Of a DNA stretch of 64,000 bases, positions 48,650-62,736 are shown piece by piece. The position numbers and the translations under genes were made by a program. Source of the stretch: Azolla caroliniana (Eukaryota > Plantae > Polypodiophyta); contig JBHGNT010000004.1 in NCBI GenBank assembly GCA_043228905.1, positions 6,138,001 to 6,202,000 on the forward strand, written 5' to 3'. The first letter of the stretch is position 1. The number at the start of each line of letters is the position of its first letter. The notes beneath the pieces are model-generated. The model was not told where the DNA came from and made no database searches. It was given only the letters and a program-made list of their open reading frames with translations.

Positions 48650-51600
48650 TGAAAAGAATGGCGTGTGGAAGCAATATAGGAAACTAAACAACAGAAAATG
48701 CAGGTTTAATGGAAAGCTTAGGTTTGCATAGTACACACGAGAGAGAGAGAGAGAGAGAGAGTAAAACACAAGAACTTAATTCAAAATAATGCTCAATCTA
48801 TACATCGTGTGTGTTCAATGAACACTTTTATACAAGTCCTTTTCGGACTGACAAAAGTATTGATAGTACTTCATTGCTCATTGAGGAACCCCTACACTAA
48901 CTCCCAAATATATTCCTTGCGGAATATCTTTTCGATGGCCTCTCGGTTTCTGCACCGATCCGGCCTTCCTACGCACTGGTCTGCGTACCGGTTTCCAACC
49001 GATCCGGCCTAACCGATTGGTCCCAACCGATCCGGTCCTCGGCTTGCTCAGCCGATCCGGCCGATGTTGAGCTTGTCTCTCAACACTCCCCCTCAAGCTC
49101 AACTTGAGGCTCTTCGGGATCTTCCGGATCACCGCTCCGGTTCCTCTTGGCTCCACGCCTTGCTCGCGCTCCTCGGCCTGTTCGACTCCGCGCGCTTCGA
49201 CCCTTCCGGTCGGCTTGTGTGCTCCCATGGCCCTTCACAGCTCTCTTGCTGTCACGGTGTTGGCGCCTCTCCTGCTGCCTTCTTTTCCGCTTGGCCCTCA
49301 GTTGATTCAGTGTATCTGAATCAAACATCCGAACCGACTCGGCTACCTTCGATTGGTTTTCGCTCTCGTCCGAGTTGGCTGTCTCCAACTCATCTTCGGT
49401 CTTCTCGCCCTTGACGGCGTCATCTCCCCCATGCTTGATTGGCTTCGGCTCTTTCTTTCGGTTGTTCCCCTTATGTCCACTTTTGGACTCTTCCGCGGAT
49501 CCGCCCTCGGCTTCTACAGCCGATCCAAAGTCAAATTCGTCATCCGACTTGGCGTCGCGGTCTTCTCTCCCCCTTCCATGGTCATTCGAGACATCTCTCC
49601 CCTTGAAGTTCGGCACGTCGAGGCGACGCAACCCAAGAGCACCCGAGAATTGCCACAACTTTTCCAGACCAAGAGGCTTGGTGAAGATGTCGGCGGTCTG
49701 CCGATCCATCCGAACATACTGAAGTTCGACTTCACCAAAAAGGACACGCTCACGGACAAAATGGTAGTGCACCTCAATGTGCTTGGTTCGTGCATGGAAA
49801 ACGGGGTTCTTCGCGAGCTGGATGTTGCTGAGGTTGTCGCAGTAGATCGTTGTCAGATCGGACACCTCCTCTTGCAGGTCCTTAAGTAGCCGCTTCAACC
49901 ATATGGCTTTGCATGTCACGATAGCCGCTCCTCGATACTCAACTTCGGTGCTTGACAGTGCAACTGTCGGCTGCTTCTTGCTACACCACGCGATCGCGAC
50001 ACTCCCAAGAGAGAACGTGTATCTAGACGTGGATCGCCTATCGGCGGCATTGCCAACCCAATCAGCATCGGTGTAGCCGACCAACTGCGAGGCTGTACCG
50101 GTCCAATATAGCAATCCCCGGTCCTTAGTGCCGCTTACGTACCACAATATGCGTTGCGCACACGGGCTTGCTTCAGTCCGTAAAGGGACTTCTTCAATCG
50201 GCACACTGTCGATGTGTTCGTTCCGGAGTGAAATCCGGGGGGTTGTACCATGTACACCTGTTCCTCAAGCTCACCTTGCAGGAACGCATTCTTTACATCC
50301 ATCTGATGCAAGTGCCACCCCTTTGTCGCAGCTACCACGAGCAAAACACGAACGATCGTCATCTTCGCGACCGACGCAAACGTCTCATCACAGTCGATGC
50401 CGTGTTTCTACGCGTAGCCTTTTGCCACTAACTGGGCCTTGTATCATTGAGTCTCCACTACTCGCCGACTCTTCATCGGACTGGTTGAACCGACTCAGTC
50501 GTCCATGTGGTCCACTTAAGTGAACTGAAGTCGGACTCTCTTCGCGGGTCCCGATTTCAGGCTCATCCGGAGGCATCTCGGCCTCGCTGACGTCATTGTC
50601 AGAACTCGGATTGGAGGTGAGGTCCGGAGTCGGAGGCAAGTACTAGGACGCGGACTCGTCAAACACAACATTGCGGCTCACGCGCGCTTGTTTGGTGCAT
50701 GGGTTATAACACTTATAACCCTTCTGCTTGTCTGAATAGCCGACCAAGATACTCTTCTCGGCCTTTGCGTCCAACTTCCTCCATTTCTCCTTCGGCACAT
50801 GCACATACGCAATGCTACCGAAAACTCTCAAGTGTCGTAAATCCGGCTTCCTTCCGAAATATAGCTCATGCGCCAACACTTTGTCTCCGATCCGGTTCTG
50901 GATGTATACCGCGGTCCTTACCGCCTCGGCCCAGTAGAACTTGGGCAAGCTCTTCTCCTCCAGCATTGCCCGTGCCGCTTCCACAACCGACCGATTTTTC
51001 CTCTCGGCCACGCCGTTTTGCTCCGGCGTGTATCTACAACTGAATTCGCGCCGAATTCCCATATGTTGTAGATAACCGTTGAATTGACCGGAAAAGTATT
51101 CTTTTCCGTCATCCGACCGCAGAAACTTGATCTTCCTTCCTGTTTCCGTTTCCACGAACCCTTTAAGGTCCTAGAAACAGTCGAAGACTTCGCTCTTCCT
51201 CTCAATGAGGTAGATCCACGTGTGCCGCGTGTAGTCGTCGATGAAGGAGACAAAATATCGGCTCCCGCCAAGACTAACGTTTTGTGTTGGCCCCCACAAA
51301 TCAGAGTGTATCAAGTCGAGCTTGTTCCGGCTCCGGTTATGCTCATTGGGGAAAGGAAGTCGGTGTTGCTTCCCAAGCTGGCAAGCTTCACAAATTTGTG
51401 CCTTCCGGCCACTAAATTTGGGCAATCCGAACACCACCTATTTCGATTGCAGGTCCTAAAGCCGTTGGTAGTTGACGTGGCCTATCCGCTTGTGCCATAA
51501 GTCGATGTCTGACTCGACTTTTTGTCCCTTCGCGAACATTGCGGTGCCACCGTCAGTAGAGTCGAGGATAAACATCCTCCCATCTTTGCGCCCTTGTGCA

Positions 51601-53413
51601 ATAACACGACCTTCTTCCTCAATGAAGCACCCGAGGTGTGTAAACCGGACCTCCATCCCTTGGTCGACGATTTGTCTGACCGACACCAAATTCTTCGTGA
51701 TTGTCGGAACGTGTAGCACGTTCATGAGTTTCCCTTTCTGCCTGACATGGCTCAGGGGAACTTCTCCTACATTCGCGATCGGATGCTGAGTGTTGTCTCC
51801 GGTTGCGACTACTCCCGGTTGCATCAGTTTTTCTAGGTACGAGAACCACTCCTTATGGCTCGTCATGTGATTTGACGCGCTGGAGTCGACGTACCACACC
51901 TCGTCCGATTTCGGGGTGGTCTGCTTCATTGAGTTTGCTTTGTGTCTCGTCACGAAGGTAGACACTTTTCCGGCTTTTCCGGATCCTTCGGCGTAGTGCG
52001 ATCATTGCAGATTTCCTTTGTCGGTCTGTCCGGAACCTGTTCCGGACCCGGTTCTCTCCAAATCGGCGTGCTTCTTCCAACAATCACTCTCCCTGTGGCC
52101 TTTCTTGCCACAATACCAGCATTCCGCGACAGATTTCCCTTGCCGGTTCTTGTCGCCTCAACTCCCCCTGTTTCTGGAGGGTCCGGAATTGTTGTCGGCA
52201 TCATTTCGGTGCCTCCTTCCTTGATCTCGTCGGCCGCCTCCATTGCGCAACGATTTGCCTCGTCCTCCACGTCCATGGGGCCTATCTCCCTCTGTGTACA
52301 ACATCTTGCTGTCGGTGTGCATGCTCGTTGACGCACCCGCATGGTTCTCCTCTACCAGGAGCATTGACTGTAAGTCGAAAAAGGACGACGTATTCTCCCG
52401 GGTACACACAGCAGTTCGGAACGCCCCGAACTTCAACGCCAAACCCCCGAGACAGACCTGGACCATCTCGCTTTCCTCAATGTTCACATCGATGGAGGCT
52501 AAGGAGTCGCATATGTCCTTGATCTTCGAGGTATAGTTAGCCACCGACAAATCGCGTTGTCGTAGGTTGCTCAACTCCTATCAGAGCTGAAGTTGGTTGT
52601 GGTGCTCGCCACGAAGATCTTCTTCAAATTTTCCCACGCACCCTTCGGTGTTTTTGCATCCCGAACGTAGCTTAATAGCTGTTCACCCACACAAGACGCG
52701 AGACAGTACAACACTCTACTCGCCGATTGTTCCCACGTCGGGAAGTCTTTGTGTGTCGAATCGGGTGTTGTGTCATTTGCTCCATCGACATAGCTCCAGT
52801 AACCGTGTCCGAGCAGGTACTAGTGCATCTTGTAGGACCAAGATGCGTAGTTGGTTCTGTCGAGCTTCTCCGTCGGAAGCGAGCTGGCTATTCCTCTGTC
52901 CATCGGTTTTCTTATTCTTCTTCGTTGGTTTTTCCTTCAAGCAAAGTCGACTGCAAAGGTTCTCAACCCTCGCGCTCTGATACCATGAAAAGAATGGCGC
53001 GCTCTGAAACCGAACAACAAAAAACACAGGTTTAATGGAAAGCTTAGGTTTGCGTAGTACACACGGGAGAGAGAGAGAGAGAGAGAGAGTAAAACACAAG
53101 AACTTAATTCAAAATAATGCTCAATCTATACATCGTGTGTGTTCAATGAACACTTTTATACAAGTCCTTTTTGGACTGACAGAAGTACTGGCAGTACTTC
53201 ATTGCTCATTGAGGAGCCCCTACACCAACTCCCAAATATATTCCTTGCGGAATATCTTTCTGATGGCCTCCCGGTTTCTGCACCGATCTGGCCTTCCTAC
53301 GCACTAGTCTACGTACCGGTTTTCAACCGATCCGACCTAACCGATCGGTCCCAACTGATCTGGTCCTCGACTTGCTCAGCCAATCCGACCGATGTTGAGC
53401 TTGTCTCTCAACA
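48650..53413 (-). mobile_element. Copia D copy 2 (inside solo LTR 2 copy, 47998-53882)
   Basis: Offset +19763; TSD GATTT. Confidence 0.92.
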
Positions 53414-54555
53414 GATTTTGACAAAGGCGGACTAACTCGGCGGCCGGTCGTCGAAGGGAGACCAGACTGACACGAGAACACTCCATTGTCTTCGGGGCTT
53501 GACCAATGGTGGGAGTCGCGGTTCCGGTGGCTCACTCGACTCACCTTCACCGGTCTCGTTTAGCCCGTTGTTGTATCTCGTTTAGCCTTTTGTTGTACCT
53601 TAGCTTATTATTTGTAAAAAGCTACCAGAATCGTGGCATTAAGCCGGTTCATTGTAACCCATTTTTCTTGTATCATAAATCGTGTATATTCGTTTCCCAA
53701 AAAATTTGTCTAATCTTGTGCTTGATCCCTAACCACGGGTTAATCTTCATGATGGTCTCAGAGCTAATCGAATAGAAACCCTAGGTTTGTTTGAGGAAAT
53801 GAACGCCGATGTGGTCGGAAGACAACGTGGACGAAACGTGACCTTCCCCCCACCAACTCCCTAGTCAAAGATTTCCACAACAATGTCCATTTGGTGGAGA
53901 TGCCACCCTCTTGCTGTTGTCGTCCTCTTCACCACCGGTGCGAAGGTCTCGTCGTAGTCGATTCCGTGGGTCTATGCATATCCTTTAGCCACCAATCGGG
54001 CCTTGTACCGGTTGACCAAACTGTCAGTGTTCTATTTCGCCTTATATACCCATTTGCAACCGATTGGTTTGCAATGTCGGGGAGGGTCAACCAGGTCTCA
54101 TGCGTCGTTGGCATCCAGTGTCCACATTTCTGCCTCCATAGCGGCACACCAATTCGCGTCTTTCGTCGCTTCTGCGTAGCTCTTCAGCTCACACACTTCC
54201 GCCACCTTCGTCATATACGCATAATAATGCACCATGTATTCATTATACCTGTACCATCATGGCTACACCGTTTTACTCTGATGTATATATACAACTGAAT
54301 TCTTGCTGAATTCCCATATGTTGTAGGTAACAATTGAACTAGCCGAAAAAGTATTATTTTCCGCCATCCAACCGTAGACACTTGATCTTTCTCCCAATTT
54401 TCACTTTCAACAAGGCTTTTCAAATTCCGAAAACAGTCAAAGACTTCGTTTTTCTTCTCTATGAGATAGATCCATGCGTGTTGGCTGTAGATGTCGATGA
54501 AGGAGACAAAATATTGGCTCCCGCCTAGGCTCATGTTCTGTGTCGGTCCTCATGT

Positions 54556-57500
54556 TCTGCAACATGTATCACAAGTCCGAACAAAATCCTCGACAAATTG
54601 TCGCATACAGGGCCACCAGAATGATCGTTGTACTAAATGTAATGTTTTAGTACTACCAAAATGCCCAGCTGTATATGTGTCATGACAGTTTTGTACTACT
54701 CGAAGGTGGCAAGAACCATTAGGAACATTCAAAAGTTCTTTAAAGAAGAGTAATCCATCATGGTATTTGAATTTCCGATAGTCCGTACCTGGTGGTTGCG
54801 ACTGTGAACACGACGCTCGAGAGGGATCAATTTGTGCTAGTATAGCTTGGGCGAACGCATCTGTCTTCAAGTCTTCACGTATGGTATCGATAACGCGGGA
54901 ATCCATAGGCATGTCAAAGATTTGTGTTGCTTGTAATCGTGCCGGTCCCAAGATGACTTGTTTTTGGTTATCGAAAGCTGGCTCGCCGGGACGGGGTGCT
55001 AGATACGAACGTCGTGATAATGCATCTGCCTTCCCTTGGTGCCTCCCCGGACGATATGTAATTTTGAAGTCGAAACGCATGAGGAAGTGGGCCCACCGAG
55101 CTTGACGTCGATTCAACACACGAGCATCCTGAAAGTAGGCAAGATTCTTGTGGTCACTAAATACGGTGACTGGATGAGAGGATCCCTCCAGCAAATGCCT
55201 CCATTGCATAAAAGAATCCACTATTGCCAACAGCTCCTTATCATGGATTTCGTAGTTGATTTCGGCGGCATCAAACTTGCGTGAGTGAAAAGCCACAGGA
55301 TGTAGCTTTTCATCATTCCCCTGTTGTGACAGAATGCTCCCCAATGCAAAATCCGATGCGTCAGCTTCGATAATGAATGGTTTCTCCAGATCGACATGAG
55401 CTAGAATTGGAGCCGATGTAAATGCTTTTTTAAGACTCTCGAAAGCCATGTCCGTTTCTTCAGACCAGGTGAACGGTTGTCCCTTCCTGGTAAGTTGTGT
55501 GAGAGGTAGAACGATCTTTGAGTAATCCTGTATGAACTTCCGGTAAAAATTGGCAAAGCCTAAGAAGCATTGCACATCCCGTACCGAACGCGGAGTCTGC
55601 CATTCTACCACCGTTCTGACCTTAGCTGGGTCCATGGAGATGCCTTCTGACGAAATGATGTAGCCGAGAAATTCCACTTGGTTGCACCCGAAACTACATT
55701 TTTCTAGCTTTGCATACAGACCATGTTCTCGAAGTCGTTTTAGTACTAATAATACATGAGAATCATGTTCTTCTTGGGTCTTTGAATAAACCAGTAGATC
55801 ATCCAAATAGATGATCAAACAATCATCCAATAGATCTCGGAATATATCATTAGCCATGTGCTGGAAGACTGCCGGCGCATTAGTGAGGCCGAACGGCATG
55901 ACAGTATACTCGAAGTGCCCATATCTGGTGCGAAACGCGGTCTTCCATTCGTCTCCTGGTCGGATCCGTACGAGGTTATATGCTCCTCGTAAGTCGATCT
56001 TCGTGAAGAACCTGGCACCATTGATCCGTTCTAAAAGACTTGAGATAAGGGGAAGAGCATACCTATTCCTGATTGTAACCTTATTCAAGCCACGGTAATC
56101 TACAACGAGACGAAGCGATCCATCTTTTTTCTTGACGAAGAAAATGGGCGCACCGGCTGGAGATTTCGAATGCCGAATGAAACCATTTTCCAAATTCTCC
56201 TCTATATAGGCCCGAAGGACTTCCAGCTCGGTTGGTGACAAATTGTAGATCGGTCCCCATGGCGGCTCTTTTCCCGGTTGTAAATCGATGGGGCAATCGT
56301 ACGGTCGATGATGAGGAAGTGTGTTGGCTTGTACTTTATCGAACACATCGGTGTAATGGCGATACTTCTCGGGAAGTTGAACAGTGGATTCTTCTTTAGT
56401 GGTGTTGGAGGGGTTTACTGATATTGCAAAGAGGAACATTTCCTCCTTGTGCCCTTCTTTACGCAACTGACGTAGCGAAATGGTTGCCATCTTCTGAGTT
56501 GACCCTTGGGCTTGTCGACACCGGATTTCTCTTGTTCTCCAATCTATGTCAGGGTTATGTAACTCGAACCACGGTAGTCCTAAAACTATAGGATGTTCTG
56601 GGATACTAATAATATTAAATGATACTACACATACTAAGTTATCTAGGACAATATTAATGGGCTCTGACTCTTCTAGGATATTTCCGGAAGCAATGGGACG
56701 TCCATCAATGACTACTACAGAGGCTGGACACTGGAGTTTTCTTAGGGATATCTTATGAGCTTGAGCAAATTTCTTATCCATAAAGCAAGAGTTAGCTCCG
56801 GAATCTAGGAGTGCTAGGACATGTACTGGAGGGGTACTTTTAGTACTAACTATTACTTGGGCTACGAACACATCACTAACTTGCTTAGAGGGAATGGAAC
56901 CACTAATGGGCTGCACAGATCTAGGGCTGTCCAACCAAACGGCTCCTATTTTGGCTGGACTTAGTCATTTAACTCTTCTTCTAACTGACTAAGGACATCA
57001 AATTTGTTTGCTAGATCTGGGATATTAGTACTATTAGGACTATCAGATATCCCTACTGAAATAGGTTCGGATTTAGTACAATTAGAACTAGCGACTATTT
57101 GGTTTACCTGTCTTCTTGGCCTATGGGGGCAATTTATTGCGATATGTCCTGGTCCACCGCAGTAAAGACATAGTCGATTTGTACGGCGTCGCTGCTTTTC
57201 TTCTTCGGATAATGGCCCTCGACGACGTGTAGTGTCAATCTCCATCGGAGTCGGAGTATTCGCTGGAGACGCATTATATGACTCCCTCGGAAAAGGTCTT
57301 GCTACCACTGAGGCGTAGGTGGGCTCTGATCTTGCCCTCGGCATCTGTAGCTGTCGTTCCGAACGTCGCTCAAAGAGGCGGTTGTCACATCTCACCGCGC
57401 GACTGATTGCTTCTGTTAAGGACTTTGGCTCTTCGGGGAAGGTCAAGAGTAAATCCTTGACGTCGTTGCGTAAACCATAACGGAATTGCTCCATCAACGC

Positions 57501-58289
57501 TTGATCATCCCAAGGGATATCGGCGGCGAGTAGGCGAAAATCTGCAGCGTATGCGGAGGCTGGACGGTCACCTTGGCGTAATCGCCGGATTTTGTTGATT
57601 GCGGTCCTGATGCTGTCAGTATCTCCGAAACATGCTTTAAACTCACCTAGAAACTCTTCAAAATTGTTGAGTAACGGAGATTCCTTTTCTAATAGTGGAG
57701 CAAACCATGACAACGCTGAGCCACTTAACAAAGTGCCTACTAAACCCACTCGTGATGCATCGGTGGGATATCGGGAAGGATGCATTTGAATAACTAATCG
57801 TACCTGGTTAAGGAACCCTCTAAACTGCGATCGCGTTCCATCGAACTTCGTGGGAAGGCCAATCTTAGGTTCTTTATGAATCCCTTGTGTTCCGGGCCCA
57901 TGTTGTTGCATCGCTACGATGGTGGCTTCGAGTTGTTGCACGCGTAACGCAAGTTCCCCATGTTGTTGTTGCGTTTGCTGCTTTTCTAAGGAGATTTGCT
58001 GAAGATCCCCCAGCAACCGTTGGTTTTCTTGTTCCAAAGCATGGAACTTCTCCTTCAAGCATTGGAATTCCGAGAAAACAGATTGATATTCTTCAGCGCT
58101 AACAGTGGCCATGGGATGAAAGAAAAGAGGAATAAAAGATTAGTAGGAAATGAGAGAGACAGAAGGTAGGAAAATTGGTTCAAACTGTCATGAACAGTAC
58201 TGAGACAGAGAAGGAATTAGTACTAAACGAAGGATTAGTACTATGAGAGGTGTGGAACTTCTTCGAGAGAAGGAAGAAGTGAGCGAGAC

Positions 58290-58328
<39 letters not shown>

Positions 58329-58623
58329 TGATAAGAAAGATATTTATTATATGAAGAGAATATACAACGGTGGCTAAAAGGCTTAAGACTGGCGTTGAAC
58401 CAATTTGGTTCAACATAATGCCTAGTGCCCTCTTTTATAGTGTTTTCAGGAGTAATCCTGAAGCTTCTAGAATGTTCCAGAGAAATCTGGAATATACACT
58501 AATTTCCTATAATAAAATGTAAATGAAAATAATATCCTACGTATTACAATAGATGGTCTAATGGTCAAGAGCTCGACCCATATAACCTAAGGTCATGGGT
58601 TCGAGTCTTGCCATATCATGACA
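54556..58623 (-). mobile_element. Chromovirus copy 3, 3'-truncated; gag 56961-58112 intact
   Basis: 5' LTR 58186-58623; pol 54550-56934. Confidence 0.93.
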
Positions 58624-59543
58624 GATACAACGCGTTCTTGAATCGTCCGAGTCATGCGTTCTGCGATTCCGTTCTGCTCCGGACTATATGGTGCCGTATA
58701 TTCATGTCTAATGCCGCGTTCTCGCAAAATTTGACGAATTCATCAGATTTGAACTCACCTCCATTGTCGGTTCGGAGACACTTCAGTTTCCGACCGGTCT
58801 GGTTTTCAACCATTGCGAGCCAATCTGAGAAGATCGAGAACACCCGATCTTTGGTTCTGATGGGGTAAGCCCACACCTTCCGAGTCGAGTCGTCAATGAA
58901 ACTGACGAAGTACGAGGCACCACCGAGTGACTGATGTGGCATCGGGCCACAGACGTCCGAGTGGACCAAATCGAGCGGGCTCGACTCTCTTGGTTCTGAT
59001 GTCGGGTGTGATGCAGCTACCTGTTTGCCGTACTGTGCAATGCTCGCAAAACTGATGGTCCGAGAAGGAGAGTTTCGGGATGTATCCGGCTCTGGATAGG
59101 TGCGTGATGCCGGCCTTGCTGAGGTGTCCGAGTCGTCCATGCCATAAGGATGACACAGGGATATCTACCAGAAATAAGTTACCCTCTCTGAGTGTGACAT
59201 ACAAAGGGTACAATGAGTGTACCTTTGGTCCTCTAGCAAGCAGGAGGTTCCCTCTGTGGAGTGTCCACCCTCCTGATGAGAAACCAACACGGATGCTAGC
59301 TTTATCAAGTTGTCCGACTGAGATCAAGGGTCGTGAGAGCTCAGGAACGTGTCGAACGTTGTGTAGTACGAGTGTAGAGCCACCCGGAAGGTTGAGCTCT
59401 ACGGTGCCGATTCCGATGATAGCACAGTGCTGCGAATTTCCGACCCGAACTGAGTCGGAGTGCCGGTCTGAATATTGCCGAAACTATGATCGGTGAGGTG
59501 TCACGTGATACAACGCGCCCGAGTCCAGAAGCCATGTGCTCGA

Positions 59544-62500
59544 TGTTATTCTCTGACCGGACAAGGCCTAACACAAGGTGTCACGGAGACACTTCACAAG
59601 GGGTGATTACGGCATAGGATTAAGATTCAACGATTACACCGACTTACGTAGGTTACACGATTAGAGTGCTTTGGTTAATTACACGCGTAAGATATAACAG
59701 TAATTACAGAACGGAAATCAACACAGAAGTATAAACACCATATGCTCTATTAATTATCCGCTGCGATTACAATGGGGTCCGAGCCTTTAAATAGGTTTCC
59801 GGCCCGTAGTACAAAACGGTGCCTATCGCACCTATTCGGGATCCGTCCGGATCTGGAACGGCATACCGTTTCCAGTCCGTCCGTCCACACTATGCTTATT
59901 TACAACCATACTTAATTAATTCCTTCACTCCGTATTTTGGACTCCTTGCCGGCCGGTAACACATGGCACGCCCGTGGGACAGTACCTTGTACGTCGAACC
60001 CTTCTCGGCCCCTTCATTGTTCACCCAAATTGTCCAAAATACTTTGTTCCAGAATTTCCACTTGTTCTTCCGGTTGTGGTTGTTGCGGCTGTGCTTGTTG
60101 CTGCTGCTGTGGTTGCGGTTGGGACTGAGGCTGCTCCGGCTGCTCTATAGGCGGCTGCTCCGTTCGTTTCTCTGACTCCGGCATCTCCGTTTGACTGCTT
60201 CCGGTCCGGTCTCCTTCCAGTAACGGTTCCTCATCACCGAGGTTGACCGTAACCGGTTCTCGTGCTTTCTCTTCCCGGATCCGGGACCTCTCGTAGCTTT
60301 CAAACTGGATCTGCGCCTCCAGCCTGTCGTCGTCCAGCTGAGCTACAAGTTGCCGGACTTGCCCTAGTTGGTCCTCTGCCAAGGCTTGAAAGTCTTCGGC
60401 CAGCTCATCTCTTATGCCGGTGAAGTCTTCGGAAGTCAGCATATAGCAATCATCTCCCTCCTTCCGCCGGTTCTCTACGTCGGCCCGGAGCAATTGGAGT
60501 TCCGCCGCGTTCGTGGCCCACTTGGTCCACCATTTGACGGAACCGTTGTCAATCAAGCTCTTGGTCTGGTTCAACCAGGCCCGCATGATATCCTGGATGC
60601 GACTTGCTCCCATTTGCGCTCTACTTTCCACAACTTGTCGTTCCTCCTTCAACTGCTTGATGAGATTCGCCGTATCCTCCGCCTGCTCTCTGTAGCGCGT
60701 CAGCTGCCCTTGATATGTTGTCTGCAGCCTCTGCAGTACCTCCGCCGCTCTTTCTTTTTCCGCCTGCTGTTGCCTGAGGAGCTCTGTCCGAACCTTCTCC
60801 GCCTCTTCCAACCGTCTTCTGGTTTCCGCTTGTTCATTAGCGTATGCCGTTGCGGTCCGATCAACTGCTTGCCGGAGCTCATCCGTCCGTTCCTTGTGCT
60901 CCGTTTGCAACCGTTTATACTCCCGGTGCAAGTGCTCAAATTCCTCCGTTTTTTGTTTGAGCTTGCCGTTGATCTGGCGATGGTTCCGGTCCTCCCGGTC
61001 CTTTAGCTGCCGGAGTTCCTCTTTCAGGCGCTCTATTTTTGTTTCGGCGTTTCTCCGGAGCCTGTCCTTCTCTTGCAGCATTTTCTCCTTTTCCTCCTTG
61101 AGCCGGTCGTACGCTTGGTGGCCTTTTCGTAAACTCTCCTCAGCCCGGCGTAGATTCTCAGCAGTCTTTTTGAGTTCTGCCTCCGCTGCCGTCTTCAACT
61201 CTCTTTCGCGGCTCCTCAGCGCTTCTTGGGCAGCTAGCTCATCCTTTAAGTCCGCAAGCTCTTGGGCTTGTGCCGCATTTCTCTCCGGAACGGTTTCCGT
61301 TGCCGGGGTCTGATTGCTATGTACAGGTTGATCTGACGCTTTATTCTGTACATTGCCCGGAGTCACCGGTGCTTGGACTTGTGTTGTCAAAGCCAATTGA
61401 GCCATTTCCCTTGTGACCCTGTCCAAGTCTTGTTCAAGGCTCCGGATTCTGGACCGGGCCGTCTCTAGATCTACGGTTGTGACGAGCAACCGTTCGTGGT
61501 GCGCTCTCTCCTCCGCCTCTATGTACTCGACCGCTCCGGCGATCTGCTCGCCTACCCACCGTAGCCACATGCTACTGGTGCCTTGCTGCTGTACTGGTCG
61601 GGTCGGCTCGTTCACTGTGGAATTGTCTGGCCTGAGTGCCTGTATCTGCCGTTCTGGTTCTACTTCTTGGCCGCCGTGTGTGCTGGCTGGGCTCGCCGGC
61701 TGTTGAGTTCCGGTTCTCGCCGTCTCCGGAGCCGTTGGAATGACTTCTTCTATAGAAGTCGTCAAGGCCGGTTCTATACGCACCGGTTCCGGTTCCTCCC
61801 TTGTGATTTGCTCAGGTTGAGTTGGGGGCGTTTCCTCCTTTTGCGGGTCCGAACACTCCCCCGCTGTCCCGGCGGTCCTACTTCTTGACCGTCGTTGGAG
61901 GTGCTCTTCTGGCTCCTCCGTTTCCTCTTCCTGGGTAATGGCATGTTTCTGTGCCGTCAAGGGTTCCGGTTCCTTCTGTCCCGGTCGCCGTATGGTTATC
62001 TTAACGGGTCCCACCGGTGACACCTCCTCCGGTTCTGGGAGCCGTTTCTTCCCTTTCGTCGCCTTCGACGCCAGCAGCTGCTGTCGTTTGGACGCGAGTT
62101 TACTGTAACCGAAGAGATTCCTCCGCGACTCTCCGGATCTTGTTGGAGAACGAACGATCCGAGCGAATTTCGTGCGCTGCTTGCTGGAAAGTCTCACGCC
62201 GTCTTTGCCGTTCGGCGAGGCGTCGAGCTCGGTCTGTAACCAGGTCGTGCGTTGGTCTCGTCATCCATTAAGCCGTCGTTCGCTGCGAGAAAGCAGGAAT
62301 CGTGGTCGCCAAAACTGTGTTATTCTCTGACCGGACAAGGCCTAACACAAGGTGTCACGGAGACACTTCACCAAAGGGTGATTACGGCATAGGATTAAGA
62401 TTCAACGATTACACCGACTTACGTAGGTTACACGATTAGAGTGCTTTGGTTAATTACACGCGTAAGATATAACAGTAATTACAAAACGGAAATCAACACA

Positions 62501-62736
62501 GAAGTATAAACACCATATGCTCTATTAATTATCCGCTGCGATTACAATGGGGTCCGGGCCTTTAAATAGGTTTCCGGCCCGTAGTACAAAACGGTGCCTA
62601 TCGCACCTATTCGGGATCCGTCCGGATCTGGAACGGCATACCGTTTCCAGTCCGTCCGTCCACACTATGCTTATTTACAACCATACTTAATTAATTCCTT
62701 CACTCCGTATTTTGGACTCCTTGCCGGCCGGTAACA
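59544..62736. mobile_element. Element X copy 3
   Basis: Same LTRs and TSD CTCGA. Confidence 0.93.
60014..62197 (-). CDS. Element X coiled-coil ORF, copy 3
   Basis: 727 codons; 1 aa change versus copy 1 (V>I). Confidence 0.7.
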   Translation of the reverse strand: MRLSSKQRTKFARIVRSPTRSGESRRNLFGYSKLASKRQQLLASKATKGKKRLPEPEEVSPVGPVKITIRRPGQKEPEPLTAQKHAITQEEETEEPEEHLQRRSRSRTAGTAGECSDPQKEETPPTQPEQITREEPEPVRIEPALTTSIEEVIPTAPETARTGTQQPASPASTHGGQEVEPERQIQALRPDNSTVNEPTRPVQQQGTSSMWLRWVGEQIAGAVEYIEAEERAHHERLLVTTVDLETARSRIRSLEQDLDRVTREMAQLALTTQVQAPVTPGNVQNKASDQPVHSNQTPATETVPERNAAQAQELADLKDELAAQEALRSRERELKTAAEAELKKTAENLRRAEESLRKGHQAYDRLKEEKEKMLQEKDRLRRNAETKIERLKEELRQLKDREDRNHRQINGKLKQKTEEFEHLHREYKRLQTEHKERTDELRQAVDRTATAYANEQAETRRRLEEAEKVRTELLRQQQAEKERAAEVLQRLQTTYQGQLTRYREQAEDTANLIKQLKEERQVVESRAQMGASRIQDIMRAWLNQTKSLIDNGSVKWWTKWATNAAELQLLRADVENRRKEGDDCYMLTSEDFTGIRDELAEDFQALAEDQLGQVRQLVAQLDDDRLEAQIQFESYERSRIREEKAREPVTVNLGDEEPLLEGDRTGSSQTEMPESEKRTEQPPIEQPEQPQSQPQPQQQQQAQPQQPQPEEQVEILEQSILDNLGEQ

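Larger units (their letters stand above)
34793..54555. repeat. 19.76-kb tandem repeat, unit 2
   Basis: Starts TCTGCAACATG as at 15032; near-identical to unit 1. Confidence 0.97.
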